From Candidatus Thorarchaeota archaeon (GTDB lineage: Archaea > Asgardarchaeota > Thorarchaeia > Thorarchaeales > Thorarchaeaceae): a stretch of DNA of 61,503 nucleotides. The position numbers and the translations under genes were made by a program. The DNA is taken from the NCBI GenBank assembly GCA_020348985.1, contig CP070761.1, positions 1,459,646-1,521,148 of the forward strand, in the 5' to 3' direction. Positions 9,593 through 19,665 of the stretch are shown one piece after another (position 1 is the first letter of the stretch; the number at the start of each line of letters is the position of its first letter). Under the pieces are notes generated by a model. That model worked only from the letters and a program-made list of their open reading frames with translations, was not told the DNA's origin and ran no database searches.

Positions 9593-10873
9593 CTAGGTTC
9601 TAGAGCTTATCTTTCTGGAGAAGTAGATTGCTGCAGCGACAATGGGAACTGCAATCACACCTACTAGAACACCAATCATGACCATTGAATCTGTTAACGG
9701 ATTAGGTTCGAATGTTCCTATGGACTCAATGATGTAGTCGAAGTATAGGTCAAACTCAGGATCGTATGCGTTGTCAGGAACAGACGCAGTGAAAACAGTG
9801 ATCATGTCGTGCTCTCTTGACACGATGATCTTCTGACCAGCTCTTCCTAGAGCGGCGAATGTCTCCAAGTCTCTAAGAAGCCACCATTGCCAGCCATATC
9901 CAGTGAAATCTGGTGGAAATGGTAGATTGGTAAAGTGAGGATAAGTGGCATTCTGTACGTAGTCTGCAGGAAGTATCTGCGTATCGTTCCAGGTGCCATT
10001 GTTCAGATAGAGATACCCAAGTTTTGCCATATCTCTGGGCCTGACTCTAAGCGCACCACCGTATGTATTCAACCATCCGCCAGGCATAGCAAACCAGCTC
10101 ACACTATCAATCCCCAGAGGGTCGAACAAGAAGTCGTCAGCAAAGCGCCGTGTTCCACGGTCATAGATTTGCTCTATTATCGCACCCAACAGAAGCGACA
10201 CCCCTCCACTGTAATGCCAATGCTCACCAGGAGTGTAAAGCATGGGCTTGTCCAGAACAAACTGGACTGCATCATCACTTGCAATCATGCCACCAATATC
10301 ATTGACGTTGGGATCGGTGTAAGGAAGAGTTGATTCGTCCCATTCAAATCCCGCACTCATTGTCAGCAGATGTTCAATGGTTATTTCATTCCACCTTGGA
10401 TCTGGATTCTGTTGAGTATACTCGGGAAAGAAGTCAAGCAACAGCTGACTTACGTTATCAAGTAACCCCTGTTGGAGAGCGATGCCTATCAGAGTAGATG
10501 CAAAGCTCTTCGTAACGGAGTGCATTTCATGTCTACTATCTGGACCATAGTAGCCTGTGGGATGCTCTTCGAAAACGACGTAGCCATTCTTGACGATGAA
10601 GACGGAATCAATTGGATAATCCTCGGCATCTATGAAGTCGAGCATGTCGTTCAAAACGCTTGGATTCATACCTTCAGCTTCTGGTGTGCTGTTTCTCCAG
10701 TCGTCAGTTGGCCAATAATCGCCAGTAACATTGTTGCTTGGTAGGAACTTACCTTGGACAGTGACAAAAGGAAGATGCAAGGATGCCGTTTGCTCTGTAA
10801 TGACCACTATCGAAGAAACGAATAGGAGGAGAACAAGAAATGAGCTACTGAATTTCTGAGAACCTGAGTACAT
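9593..10873 (-). CDS. Membrane-anchored serine hydrolase (class C beta-lactamase/esterase family)
   Basis: HSVTKS (SxxK), TIEHLLTMSAG, PGEHWHYS, PRDMAKLGYLYL; N-terminal signal and C-terminal TM helix. Start uncertain. Confidence 0.85.
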   Translation of the reverse strand: MYSGSQKFSSSFLVLLLFVSSIVVITEQTASLHLPFVTVQGKFLPSNNVTGDYWPTDDWRNSTPEAEGMNPSVLNDMLDFIDAEDYPIDSVFIVKNGYVVFEEHPTGYYGPDSRHEMHSVTKSFASTLIGIALQQGLLDNVSQLLLDFFPEYTQQNPDPRWNEITIEHLLTMSAGFEWDESTLPYTDPNVNDIGGMIASDDAVQFVLDKPMLYTPGEHWHYSGGVSLLLGAIIEQIYDRGTRRFADDFLFDPLGIDSVSWFAMPGGWLNTYGGALRVRPRDMAKLGYLYLNNGTWNDTQILPADYVQNATYPHFTNLPFPPDFTGYGWQWWLLRDLETFAALGRAGQKIIVSREHDMITVFTASVPDNAYDPEFDLYFDYIIESIGTFEPNPLTDSMVMIGVLVGVIAVPIVAAAIYFSRKISSRT

Positions 10874-11390
10874 GTGGTGACACCAAGATTGCTGAGCTGA
10901 CTTTGACGCACCTACCTGTACTATAAGGCATAGCAACAGGGCAATGCCGCTTTTGTCGTTTGGTTGCAGGCCGGAAGACGATGTTTCATTCGCTTGGTTC
11001 TCTGACGGATATCCCTGCGATTCCTCCGCATCAATCCTTTCTTCATGGCGCGGTGTTGCGATTGGACTTGGCCGACAAGAGGATTCTCCTAGAGTTGACA
11101 GAGATTGTAGAGCCAGCTATTAGAATCCTGATTCTCGAATGCTTCGCATAGTGAGTCAGCTCTTGTGTTGATTCATCTTGGTGACTCGTATACTATTGAC
11201 CCTCACCAACGTGTACGGTTATGTTCTTTCACGAATGTTTCATGATTCTCCAACGTTTACCACATCACAGATCATCGAAGAATTGTCCCATATTGGACAT
11301 CCAATGCCATGACGATAGCTTTAAATCAAAATGCGGCATAGCATTTGTTGTGTGTTCTAGTAGCTAGAACACCAAATGACTAGTTTTTGC

Positions 11391-11426
11391 GAAAGACTTA
11401 TAAGAAGGTTTGCGTTCTTATATAAA
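11391..11426 (+). promoter_or_regulatory. Putative BRE/TATA elements of tfb
   Basis: GAAAGAC-TTATAA at ~11391-11403 and TTATATAAA at ~11418-11426, upstream of tfb. Confidence 0.5.
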
Positions 11427-11559
11427 TGTAGCGGAATCCGAAGGGGCTTTGGTCAGAGTAGTGTCGAAGTAGCGCCAGCTCGACAGCGATTTTCTAGGCA
11501 AAACTACTCCAGTTAGAGCTATCTGAAGAACCGTCTGCACCGAACGGGAGATGATAAGA

Positions 11560-12519
11560 ATGGCATCAAGATCAGGAACAGGAAGGAAGCAGACGAGAGG
11601 ATCACGTGAAGGGGAGTACACGTGTCCCGACTGTGGAGGTACTGACATCATCCAGGACATTGAGAAAGGGGAGAGCATATGCGCCAACTGTGGTCTTGTT
11701 GTAAGTGACCACAGAATCGACACCGGTCCTGAATGGAGAGCGTTTACCTCCGATGAGAAAGATGCACGCTCAAGAGCAGGGGCTCCCACAAACTACGCAA
11801 TACACGATAAAGGTCTCAGCACGATGATTGACTGGCGAGACCATGACTCACAAGGAAAGAGATTCAGCGCGAAGAAGCGTTCCGAGATCTACAGGCTCCG
11901 AAAATGGCAGATTCGTACCAGAGTCCACAGCTCAGTCGACAGGAATCTAGCCCAGGCGATGTCGGAGCTTGACAGACTCTCATCGCAGCTTGGCCTCACA
12001 AAGGCAATCAAAGAACTTGCCGCCCTGCTTTACAGGAAGCTGATTGTACGAAGACTGGCAAGAAGCAGGTCAATCGATGCTATGGTCGGTGCGTCTATCT
12101 ATGCTGCATGCAGACTAAGAGCGGCACCACGATCACTTGAAGAAATCTCACGCCACTCAAGAGTTAGCAAGAAGAAGATTGGCCAGCATTATAGACTCCT
12201 TGTAGAGAAACTAAAGCTGAAGATGCCAATTTCGGACCCAGCGAACTACGTTCCGAGATTCATCACACAGCTCAAGCTGCCAGGAAAGGTCCAACAGAAG
12301 GTCCTTGAAATCCTTGAGATGGCCAAAGAGCAAAGAAGCCTTGTCACGGGCAGAGACCCGAGAGGCCTCGCAGCTGCGGCAATCTACATAGCCTCAATCC
12401 TGCTTGACCACAGAGTCACTCAGCGTGACATTGCGATTGCTGCAGGAGTGACAGAGGTTACTGTGAGAAACAGGTACAAGGAGCTAGTACAGAAGCTTAA
12501 CATCACTATGGCACCATAG
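11560..12519 (+). CDS. tfb: Transcription initiation factor IIB (TFB)
   Basis: Zn ribbon CPDC..CANC, B-reader GPEWRAF, HDKGLST, two cyclin repeats and GVTEVTVRNRYKEL. Start is 11551 or 11560. Confidence 0.98.
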   Translation: MASRSGTGRKQTRGSREGEYTCPDCGGTDIIQDIEKGESICANCGLVVSDHRIDTGPEWRAFTSDEKDARSRAGAPTNYAIHDKGLSTMIDWRDHDSQGKRFSAKKRSEIYRLRKWQIRTRVHSSVDRNLAQAMSELDRLSSQLGLTKAIKELAALLYRKLIVRRLARSRSIDAMVGASIYAACRLRAAPRSLEEISRHSRVSKKKIGQHYRLLVEKLKLKMPISDPANYVPRFITQLKLPGKVQQKVLEILEMAKEQRSLVTGRDPRGLAAAAIYIASILLDHRVTQRDIAIAAGVTEVTVRNRYKELVQKLNITMAP

Positions 12520-12528
12520 TGAGACGGA

Positions 12529-12561
12529 GCCGCCCTAGAGGCGGCCACTTTCTCTTTTTCT
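12529..12561 (+). terminator. Hairpin plus T-rich terminator-like element after tfb
   Basis: GCCGCC-CTAGA-GGCGGC followed by TTTCTCTTTTTCT, between convergent genes. Confidence 0.55.
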
Positions 12562-12567
12562 GAGTAA

Positions 12568-13161
12568 TTAGAAGAGTTCCAGTCTATCGAGCTCCTCGAA
12601 GAATGAGCGAGTCAAGAATGATCTATATGAGAATCCACCCCATCCAGAGTTCTTCATGAGTTCATCGACGTCACCAAGCAATTCTTCACGAGTCATCAGC
12701 CGGACTTTGTAGACTTCGTGAGTGTCGATCTCTTGCATTTCCCCGCCGATTGTGTCGGCCAGAAAGACCAATGACCTCCAAGGAATAACAGTACCATCAA
12801 GACACTTGACGTCTAGACTAAGATCAAGAATGAATCGCGTCAGTTTGATTTCCAGGCCTGTCTCTTCGTACATCTCGCGAAGGGCGGCTTCCTCAAGGGA
12901 TTCACCAGTATGTGCGCCACCTGATGGAGCTCTAAAAATCCCAGTTTCTGCGTAATTGTGCTTCTGAATCACTACCCACTGATCGTCGCATCGAATGAAA
13001 CAAGTTATGTCGTGATGCCTACCCTTTGCTGTACTCTGCTTGACCAAGTCACACTCATAGTCCAAGAACTCTGCAGCAAAATGCAGGTCTTTCGGCTTGC
13101 CGAACTTCTCGCAAAGCGCGTCTAACTGTCCTGGATCAATGTCGTTCAGGGGTCTCGCCAA
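12568..13161 (-). CDS. NUDIX hydrolase
   Basis: Nudix box GGAHTGESLEEAALREMYEETGL. Confidence 0.9.
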   Translation of the reverse strand: MARPLNDIDPGQLDALCEKFGKPKDLHFAAEFLDYECDLVKQSTAKGRHHDITCFIRCDDQWVVIQKHNYAETGIFRAPSGGAHTGESLEEAALREMYEETGLEIKLTRFILDLSLDVKCLDGTVIPWRSLVFLADTIGGEMQEIDTHEVYKVRLMTREELLGDVDELMKNSGWGGFSYRSFLTRSFFEELDRLELF

Positions 13162-13204
13162 GTTACAGTCACTCTGAGTGAGCCAAAAGTGTTTGGGTAT
13201 AATG

Positions 13205-15259
13205 CTATTCCAAAGGCAGTCCCAAGGTCTCGATGACGAATGAATAGATGAAAGCCCAGTCCTTCATGAAATCATATCGTCCGCTTGACATGCCATGTCC
13301 GCTAGACATCTCAGTCTTCAAAAAGAGCGGGTTCTTGTCAGTTTTGAGGGCTCGTAGTTTGGCGGTCCATTTAGCTGGCTCCCAAAACTGGACACGCGGA
13401 TCGTTAATGCCTGCCGTGATAAGGATTGGGGGGTACTCCTTTGCTTCAACGTTGTCATAGGGCGAATACTCCATAATCCACTCGAACTCCTCCTTGATCT
13501 TGGGGTTCCCCCACTCCTTGAACTCGAATGTTGTCAGTGGAATCGTCTCGTCCAGCATTGTGTTGATTACGTCTACAAAGGGAACTGCTGCAACTGCACA
13601 GCCAAAGAGATTGGGGCGAAGATTGAGTACTGAGCCAATCAATAGCCCGCCTGCGCTTCCTCCGATTGCACACAACTTCCCGTTGGAAGTGTATCCTTCT
13701 CCGATGAGAAACTCGGCACATGCGATGAAGTCCGTGAAAGTGTTCATCTTGTGAGCAAGCTTGCCTGCGTGATACCATGGCTTGCCATATTCGCCACCGC
13801 CACGGATGTGTGCTATTGCGAATATAACACCCCGCTCAATGAGGCTCAATCTCTTGAAGTCAAAGTGTGGATCGGCCGGAGACCCGTATGATCCATAGCC
13901 GTAAAGTAGGAGCGGATTCTTTCCGTCGGGCCTAACGCCCTTCTTGTAAGCAATTGATATCGGAATCCTAGTTCCATCTTCGGAAAGAGCGTACCTCCTC
14001 TCAGTTATGAATTTGGCAGCATCGTGACCTTTGATCTCATCGATCTTCTTCAACTCAAGCTTGCGAGCAGACATATCGTAGTCGTAGACACACTTCGGAG
14101 TGACGGGGGAGCTGAAGGCAAAACGGAGGGTGTTTGTATCATAAACCGGATTCTCAATGGGTTGAAGTCCATAGATCTCTTCAGGGAGCGATATGTCATA
14201 GGTACCGCCAGAGCTAGGGTCATATATCATGATGTTTTCGTATCCACCCTCACGTTTCCAAATCACAATGAAGTTCAGAAACGCGGAGAGCGAAGTCAAT
14301 CGAACGTCAATGTCATGTCCAATTAGCTGTTCCCAATTCTCACGTTCGGTGCTTGACACTTTGGTTCTCATCATCTTGAAGTTGATTGCGTCGTCAACGT
14401 TTGTTATGAAATAGAAGTACCCATCATGATGGTCCAAATAGAATTCAATACCTTCCTTTCTTGTCATAAATAGCTCCACCTGTCGGGGAGTCTTGAGAAG
14501 GTCCATGAAATGGATTTCAGTGGTCTCTTCGCTGGTGAAGATTATGTAGAAGAATATGAACCGCATATCTCTCGATTTCGTGAAGAACGTGATGAACGAC
14601 TTATCTCCTTCTTCAATCAAGCGCTCATCAACTTCTTGATCAGTTCCAATTACATGGCGGGAGACCGCAAATTGTCGATGAATATCATCCAGCTCAGGAT
14701 AGAATACCGCAGTACTATCGACATCCCACTGAACTGAGCTCCATCCTGCTACTTTAGAGATTGTGTCAATTGTGTCTCTTGTGTCTAGGTCTACTACGTG
14801 GATGTCGAATGTTTCTCCGCCTGTAAAATCAACAGAATATGCGACAAGTTTGTGATCAGGACTCACTTTCATGCTACTGACTTTCATATACTCCCTACCT
14901 TCTGCAAGGAGATTCTCGTCAAGTATGATCTCTTCAGGAGCATCCATGGATTCATGTCTACGACAGTGAATCTGGTAGTTCTTCCCTTCTTCCGTTCGAT
15001 GGTAGTAATAGTAATCGTCAATCCTCATGGGGACGCTTTCATCGGTCTCTTTAATCCGGCCCTTCATCTCCTCAAACAGCTTGTGCTGGAAGTCTGCAGT
15101 GTGAGAGGTCATTGAGATTACATATGCGTTCTCGGCCTCCAAATAGCCTACAACTTCCTCAGATTCCTTCTCTCTCAGCCAGAAATAGTCGTCCCGAAAT
15201 TTCACGCCATGAATCTCGAATTCACGTGGCTTCTTCTTGGCAACCGGGGGTTCAGTCAT
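13205..15259 (-). CDS. ptrB: Oligopeptidase B (S9A protease II)
   Basis: DDYFWLR, YGYGSYG, GGSAGG nucleophile, DPRVQFWEPAKW and SGH catalytic His. Confidence 0.93.
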   Translation of the reverse strand: MTEPPVAKKKPREFEIHGVKFRDDYFWLREKESEEVVGYLEAENAYVISMTSHTADFQHKLFEEMKGRIKETDESVPMRIDDYYYYHRTEEGKNYQIHCRRHESMDAPEEIILDENLLAEGREYMKVSSMKVSPDHKLVAYSVDFTGGETFDIHVVDLDTRDTIDTISKVAGWSSVQWDVDSTAVFYPELDDIHRQFAVSRHVIGTDQEVDERLIEEGDKSFITFFTKSRDMRFIFFYIIFTSEETTEIHFMDLLKTPRQVELFMTRKEGIEFYLDHHDGYFYFITNVDDAINFKMMRTKVSSTERENWEQLIGHDIDVRLTSLSAFLNFIVIWKREGGYENIMIYDPSSGGTYDISLPEEIYGLQPIENPVYDTNTLRFAFSSPVTPKCVYDYDMSARKLELKKIDEIKGHDAAKFITERRYALSEDGTRIPISIAYKKGVRPDGKNPLLLYGYGSYGSPADPHFDFKRLSLIERGVIFAIAHIRGGGEYGKPWYHAGKLAHKMNTFTDFIACAEFLIGEGYTSNGKLCAIGGSAGGLLIGSVLNLRPNLFGCAVAAVPFVDVINTMLDETIPLTTFEFKEWGNPKIKEEFEWIMEYSPYDNVEAKEYPPILITAGINDPRVQFWEPAKWTAKLRALKTDKNPLFLKTEMSSGHGMSSGRYDFMKDWAFIYSFVIETLGLPLE

Positions 15260-15325
15260 AAAGCGGTCTCGCTAATGCAGATGATAAACTTTCGGAGGAG
15301 TCAGGAGACTTGGGCGAAGAACTAC

Positions 15326-16678
15326 CTATCTCTTCAGCCTCCGACGAGCAGCATCTGCAGAGGTCACAATTGGATCCCATGTGTCACATATGGCGGGGGC
15401 GTAGCAATTCTCGAAGTCAAAGAGATCTGCTACATCAATGTCATGTTGGATGCCAAGAGTGATTACGTTGATTCTCATGGCCGCGTCTTCTAGACCAATA
15501 ATCTGCCCACCAACCAATTTTGCAGTCGCCTTATCGAAGTATGTTTTGACCTTCAGATCCTTTCCTCCGACATAGTAGGGAGGTTTTGAGCTGCCCTTGA
15601 TGGATCCTTTGGTAACTTCTACTCCATATCCATCAGCTGTTGCTCCGGTAAGGCCAGTGCTGGCTATCTCCATTCCAAATAGCTTGGTGACTTTCGCTCC
15701 GACGATTCCGGGAAAAGTGACATCTCCACCTGCAGCATTCATCCCAGCCACACGAGCCTGGCGAACGGCTATCGTTCCAAGTCCACTGACAGAAGGCATG
15801 CGGGTTATGAACTCTGGATTCTCTGCACAATCACCACAAGCGTAGATATCAGGCACACTAGTCATCATTCGATTATCAGTGACTATTCCACGGGTTCTTC
15901 CTATTTCTGCGCCTGCTTTCTCTGCCAAGTCAGTGACGGGGCGCACTCCAGTTGCGACGACTACGAAGTCTACCGGTATGTCAGTCACGTTGTTGGTCTC
16001 ACGATTCTGGACTCTTACAGCTTCGGGGGAAGAATCTCCTAGAATCTCTTGTGCGGCAGTGTTTGTCACTATCTCCAATCCATGTTCTTTGCAATGCTCT
16101 TCGACCAACGCCGCCATGTCGGGATCTATCATTGCAAGGAGAATGTTAGGCAGAAACTCGACAACGGTCACATCCAGCCCCTTTTCATGGAAGGCTTCGG
16201 CCGCCTCCATACCTATGAGACCTCCACCAATAACGACGGCCTTCTTTGATTTGCCGATCTCTGTCGCCAGAACCTTAGCGTCATCCATTGTACGCAGGCC
16301 ATAGACCCTTTCCTTGTCGAGACCCTTTATCGGCGGGTCTGCATTCTCTGCCCCCGTCGCAATGACTAAGGCATCGTACTCCATGGACTCAGAGTCGGAA
16401 TACGTCACAGTCTTTGCCTTACTGTCAACATCATTCACAGTGGTGGCAAGTTTAGCGTCTATCTTCAGTCCCGCCCAGTTCTCAGGAGGAGTCAGGACCA
16501 AGTCATCGAACTCCCTCACCTTTCCCGATATTGTGTAGGGCAATCCACATCTGGAATACTGTGAATATGGTTCTGTATTGAAGACGGTAATCTCGACCTT
16601 GCGATTAAGTTTCCTTGCTTGCATTGCTGCAGTAGCCCCTGCGGCTCCGCATCCAACTACGACTATCTGTTCAACCAT
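15326..16678 (-). CDS. CoA-disulfide reductase/NADH oxidase family flavoprotein
   Basis: GCGAAG FAD motif, redox Cys in YSRCGLPY, GGGLIG NAD motif, IYACGD and C-terminal CYAP. Confidence 0.88.
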   Translation of the reverse strand: MVEQIVVVGCGAAGATAAMQARKLNRKVEITVFNTEPYSQYSRCGLPYTISGKVREFDDLVLTPPENWAGLKIDAKLATTVNDVDSKAKTVTYSDSESMEYDALVIATGAENADPPIKGLDKERVYGLRTMDDAKVLATEIGKSKKAVVIGGGLIGMEAAEAFHEKGLDVTVVEFLPNILLAMIDPDMAALVEEHCKEHGLEIVTNTAAQEILGDSSPEAVRVQNRETNNVTDIPVDFVVVATGVRPVTDLAEKAGAEIGRTRGIVTDNRMMTSVPDIYACGDCAENPEFITRMPSVSGLGTIAVRQARVAGMNAAGGDVTFPGIVGAKVTKLFGMEIASTGLTGATADGYGVEVTKGSIKGSSKPPYYVGGKDLKVKTYFDKATAKLVGGQIIGLEDAAMRINVITLGIQHDIDVADLFDFENCYAPAICDTWDPIVTSADAARRRLKR

Positions 16679-16858
16679 TCTCACCAACTCGGGAGTACTA
16701 CCTACTCGAGGTGCCTGGTGGGAAAAAACCACAACTTCAATGTTTAGGAACTAATCTGAAACCTGATGCATTTCTTTCGCTAAAGAATTGAGTGAACGGG
16801 AGATGGACTAGGATTCCATCTTCCGTCTCTGTGGTAATCTCAATTCAAGTCGGTCGGA

Positions 16859-18448
16859 CTAGAAGGCTTCGGAATCGTCGAAGTCCTCATCTCCCGATGA
16901 TTCGTCGACGTCAGCGAGTTCGACTTCCTCGTTTTCTTCCGGCTTTTCTACTTCGTCAGCCCATTCAGATGAGAAGTCTGGAGACTCCTCTTCTTCAGTT
17001 TCTTCGTCAACAGCATATCCGACAGTAGGAGCCTCTTTCTCCTCTGAAACAAGAGATTCCATTTTCGCAGGAGGCTCTTCGACCACCTCTGGCTCTTCGG
17101 GAGCTGCAGGAGTGACAGAAATCTGTGCTTCAAGCTTCGCAATCTGGCTCTTTCTTGTGAAGTACAATGCAACTATCACAGCCAGGGATAGAGCAGCACC
17201 GACCACTGTCAATGTAGTCTGCCATTGGCTGTGGGCGCCACCTAGCAATTGCTGCCATGTCAAAACCACAAAGGCAAGACCTCCAATATTCATCACGAAG
17301 CTTTTGAGCGGCGTAGCAATCTTTTGGATCTCAGTCAACTCGGTGTCAACCATGGCGGCGCCAATAACACCTGCGTTGTAGTCAGTGGATTTGGTCTTCT
17401 TTGCCAGTTTCCTAACAGACAAGGATTTGCTCTTGTTGAAGACCCTTAATGCACGTGTCGTCTTGCCAACCAAAAGCTCGGCGTACTGTCTCCTAGCCTC
17501 GGATTCGTCTATGTTACATTTCTTGCACTCATTCCGCTTCTTGTTCCACTTCTTCGTGCACTTGGGACATCTGTCCATAGGCCATGCGTCAGGAGCCGCT
17601 TCTCGGAGCCTCTGGCGAAGCCTATACTCCGTAATCATGTCCGCGTCTTCCTCACTCTCCTCATCCTTCTTCTTCCGTTTTATTTTCGTCATGCCTGCTA
17701 CAAGAGCAAAGAGTGCAGGCAATGCCCCAAGGACAGTGAGATTAGGCAGCGAACGGATTTCGGATGCCTTCTTCTGGATGCTCCTCACCTTGTGCGCGGT
17801 CTGAATGCCATCGAAGAGCTGATAGATGCCAGTTCCAGCACCGTAGACTGCAGTTACTGTAGCCCCTGCAGTGATTATTCCTGTCACTGATGTTATGACC
17901 GATACTGGGTCAGCCGGTATAATCAGGAAGAACTCTTGTCCAAGTGTGTGGTATTCGGTCTCTCCGACAACGTGATATGTGAAATTGAGGGATGCCTGGA
18001 ATTTCCCAGTGAGGAGGTCCACAACCCCAAGAGAAAGAATAGAAGAGAAGTCCAGTGGAGCGACAACTGGCGGGATGTTCACGCCGTCAGGTATTTCCAC
18101 CCAAGTTGAGTTGGATGCCGGGTCTCTAACCTCTATTGGAAAGAGAGCAATCCCCTGATAGTAGAACCAGATGACACCGCTCAGATTCAAGGGCGCCGTG
18201 TGAGTGTTATTGACCTGTAAATAGAGATCCATAGGTTCCTCCATATCAACTATGATTGGATCTCCTTCAGGTGCCTGTGCTACAGTCCGGCCATTAAGCT
18301 CCAACTTGATGGCCAACCGAGTGTCATAAATGAACGTCCCATCATCAAATTGGGCAGACGCAGTGTTTGTTCCAATAAGCAACACAGCAACGAAAAGCGC
18401 GCTGTATGTGTAGAGAAGCATGCGAGACCTAGAGCGTGCCATCTTCAA
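16859..18448 (-). CDS. Multi-domain membrane protein (extracellular domain, TM helices, Zn ribbon, acidic tail)
   Basis: Signal peptide, beta-rich region, several TM helices, CPKC-x10-CKKC and a Glu-rich C-terminus. Confidence 0.7.
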   Translation of the reverse strand: MKMARSRSRMLLYTYSALFVAVLLIGTNTASAQFDDGTFIYDTRLAIKLELNGRTVAQAPEGDPIIVDMEEPMDLYLQVNNTHTAPLNLSGVIWFYYQGIALFPIEVRDPASNSTWVEIPDGVNIPPVVAPLDFSSILSLGVVDLLTGKFQASLNFTYHVVGETEYHTLGQEFFLIIPADPVSVITSVTGIITAGATVTAVYGAGTGIYQLFDGIQTAHKVRSIQKKASEIRSLPNLTVLGALPALFALVAGMTKIKRKKKDEESEEDADMITEYRLRQRLREAAPDAWPMDRCPKCTKKWNKKRNECKKCNIDESEARRQYAELLVGKTTRALRVFNKSKSLSVRKLAKKTKSTDYNAGVIGAAMVDTELTEIQKIATPLKSFVMNIGGLAFVVLTWQQLLGGAHSQWQTTLTVVGAALSLAVIVALYFTRKSQIAKLEAQISVTPAAPEEPEVVEEPPAKMESLVSEEKEAPTVGYAVDEETEEEESPDFSSEWADEVEKPEENEEVELADVDESSGDEDFDDSEAF

Positions 18449-18514
18449 TCATCTCTAAGGGTGAACAAATTCAAGTTGATACTGGACTGAAAAGCATTTT
18501 GTGGGTGAATGAGT

Positions 18515-18922
18515 TCAATCCATGATGTCACTTGTCGGGAGTCTACTTCTTATCATTCCGACAAGCCTCTTGGCAATGGCTTCGTACCCTTCACTCTTCT
18601 TTATGATACCCTTGGCACCTGCGGCCTCGGCTTTTGCAATGAGGTCTGGGTCAACGTGCGCCGTGAGAACATATACCTCATCTATACCCAATTCGATGAG
18701 TTGGCTTGTGCACTCAATTCCATCCATCACAGGCATGAGCAAATCAATCAGTGTAATATCGGGTCGGTTGCCCTGATTCAAAAGGTCCTGTGCCTTTGCG
18801 ATTGCCTCCTTGCCATTTAGTGCGGATATCACTTCGAAATCATCAATGGAGCGTTGCAGAAACGTTGTGAGAATCTGAGATACAGCCGGCTCATCATCGG
18901 CAAGAAGAATCCTTACGACCAT
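18515..18922 (-). CDS. Single-domain response regulator (CheY-like receiver)
   Basis: ILLADDE, phospho-acceptor DLLMPVMDG, VLTA and IIKK. Confidence 0.92.
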   Translation of the reverse strand: MVVRILLADDEPAVSQILTTFLQRSIDDFEVISALNGKEAIAKAQDLLNQGNRPDITLIDLLMPVMDGIECTSQLIELGIDEVYVLTAHVDPDLIAKAEAAGAKGIIKKSEGYEAIAKRLVGMIRSRLPTSDIMD

Positions 18923-19045
18923 TATCCATCGCCCCAGTGCGAGCTTTTTACACGTTACTTCATGACCTTCTGTGCTTTAAGAATGGTGTCGTCTATCTTG
19001 TTCTTGATTGTAGGTGTTCATTAAGCATACAGTGAGGACTAATAT

Positions 19046-19555
19046 GTGAGAGAGTTGCCGCTTCAAAGAAATGACGAGAATTGCCAATCTGAGGAGGTCG
19101 AATTCACAAGCATTGCTCAGTTAAGAACCACCTCTAGAGCTGTGACGACTCGCTTTACTGTATTGAGCGTGGAAGAACCTCGCGTGATTTCCTCCAAGAA
19201 CTCGAGAAGGCAGCATCTGGTGACAAAAGCAATAGTCGCAGACGAATCTGGCCGAATAGACATGATACTCTGGAATAAAGATGTTGATGAGCTACGGCCA
19301 GAGAAGACTTACATCCTTAGAGGAGGTTATGTGAGCGTATACGAAGAGTGCATGCAGCTGAATAAGGGGAGATCTGGTAGTCTTAAGTTGATTCCAAAGA
19401 ATCTTCAGGGTATCAGTCGGACTCCAAACATGAGCAAGCCGTTCATGGGAAGACAAAGACGAACAAAGAAACGCTCCAGATCTAGGTCAGGTAGGACCCT
19501 TGGAGGCATACCGGGTAGAGAGAAGAAGGGATACTGCTCGAGTAAGGGATTCTAG
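19046..19555 (+). CDS. OB-fold single-stranded DNA-binding protein (SSB/RPA-like) with a basic tail
   Basis: AIVADESGRIDMILWN...GGYVSVYEECMQLNKGRSG is typical of archaeal SSB OB folds. Confidence 0.8.
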   Translation: MRELPLQRNDENCQSEEVEFTSIAQLRTTSRAVTTRFTVLSVEEPRVISSKNSRRQHLVTKAIVADESGRIDMILWNKDVDELRPEKTYILRGGYVSVYEECMQLNKGRSGSLKLIPKNLQGISRTPNMSKPFMGRQRRTKKRSRSRSGRTLGGIPGREKKGYCSSKGF

Positions 19556-19665
19556 ATAGACTCCTATCTCAAACCTCTGGAAACGTCATACGCTGACATC
19601 GAGAAAGAGGTCGAACAAGTCTTTTATCAGACCTTGTGAAGAATTCTAGGATAGAGGGTTGGCAA

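Noticed and set aside
10960-11151. 63-aa ORF upstream of tfb
   Set aside because: TTG start, no SD and no motif; cannot be supported.
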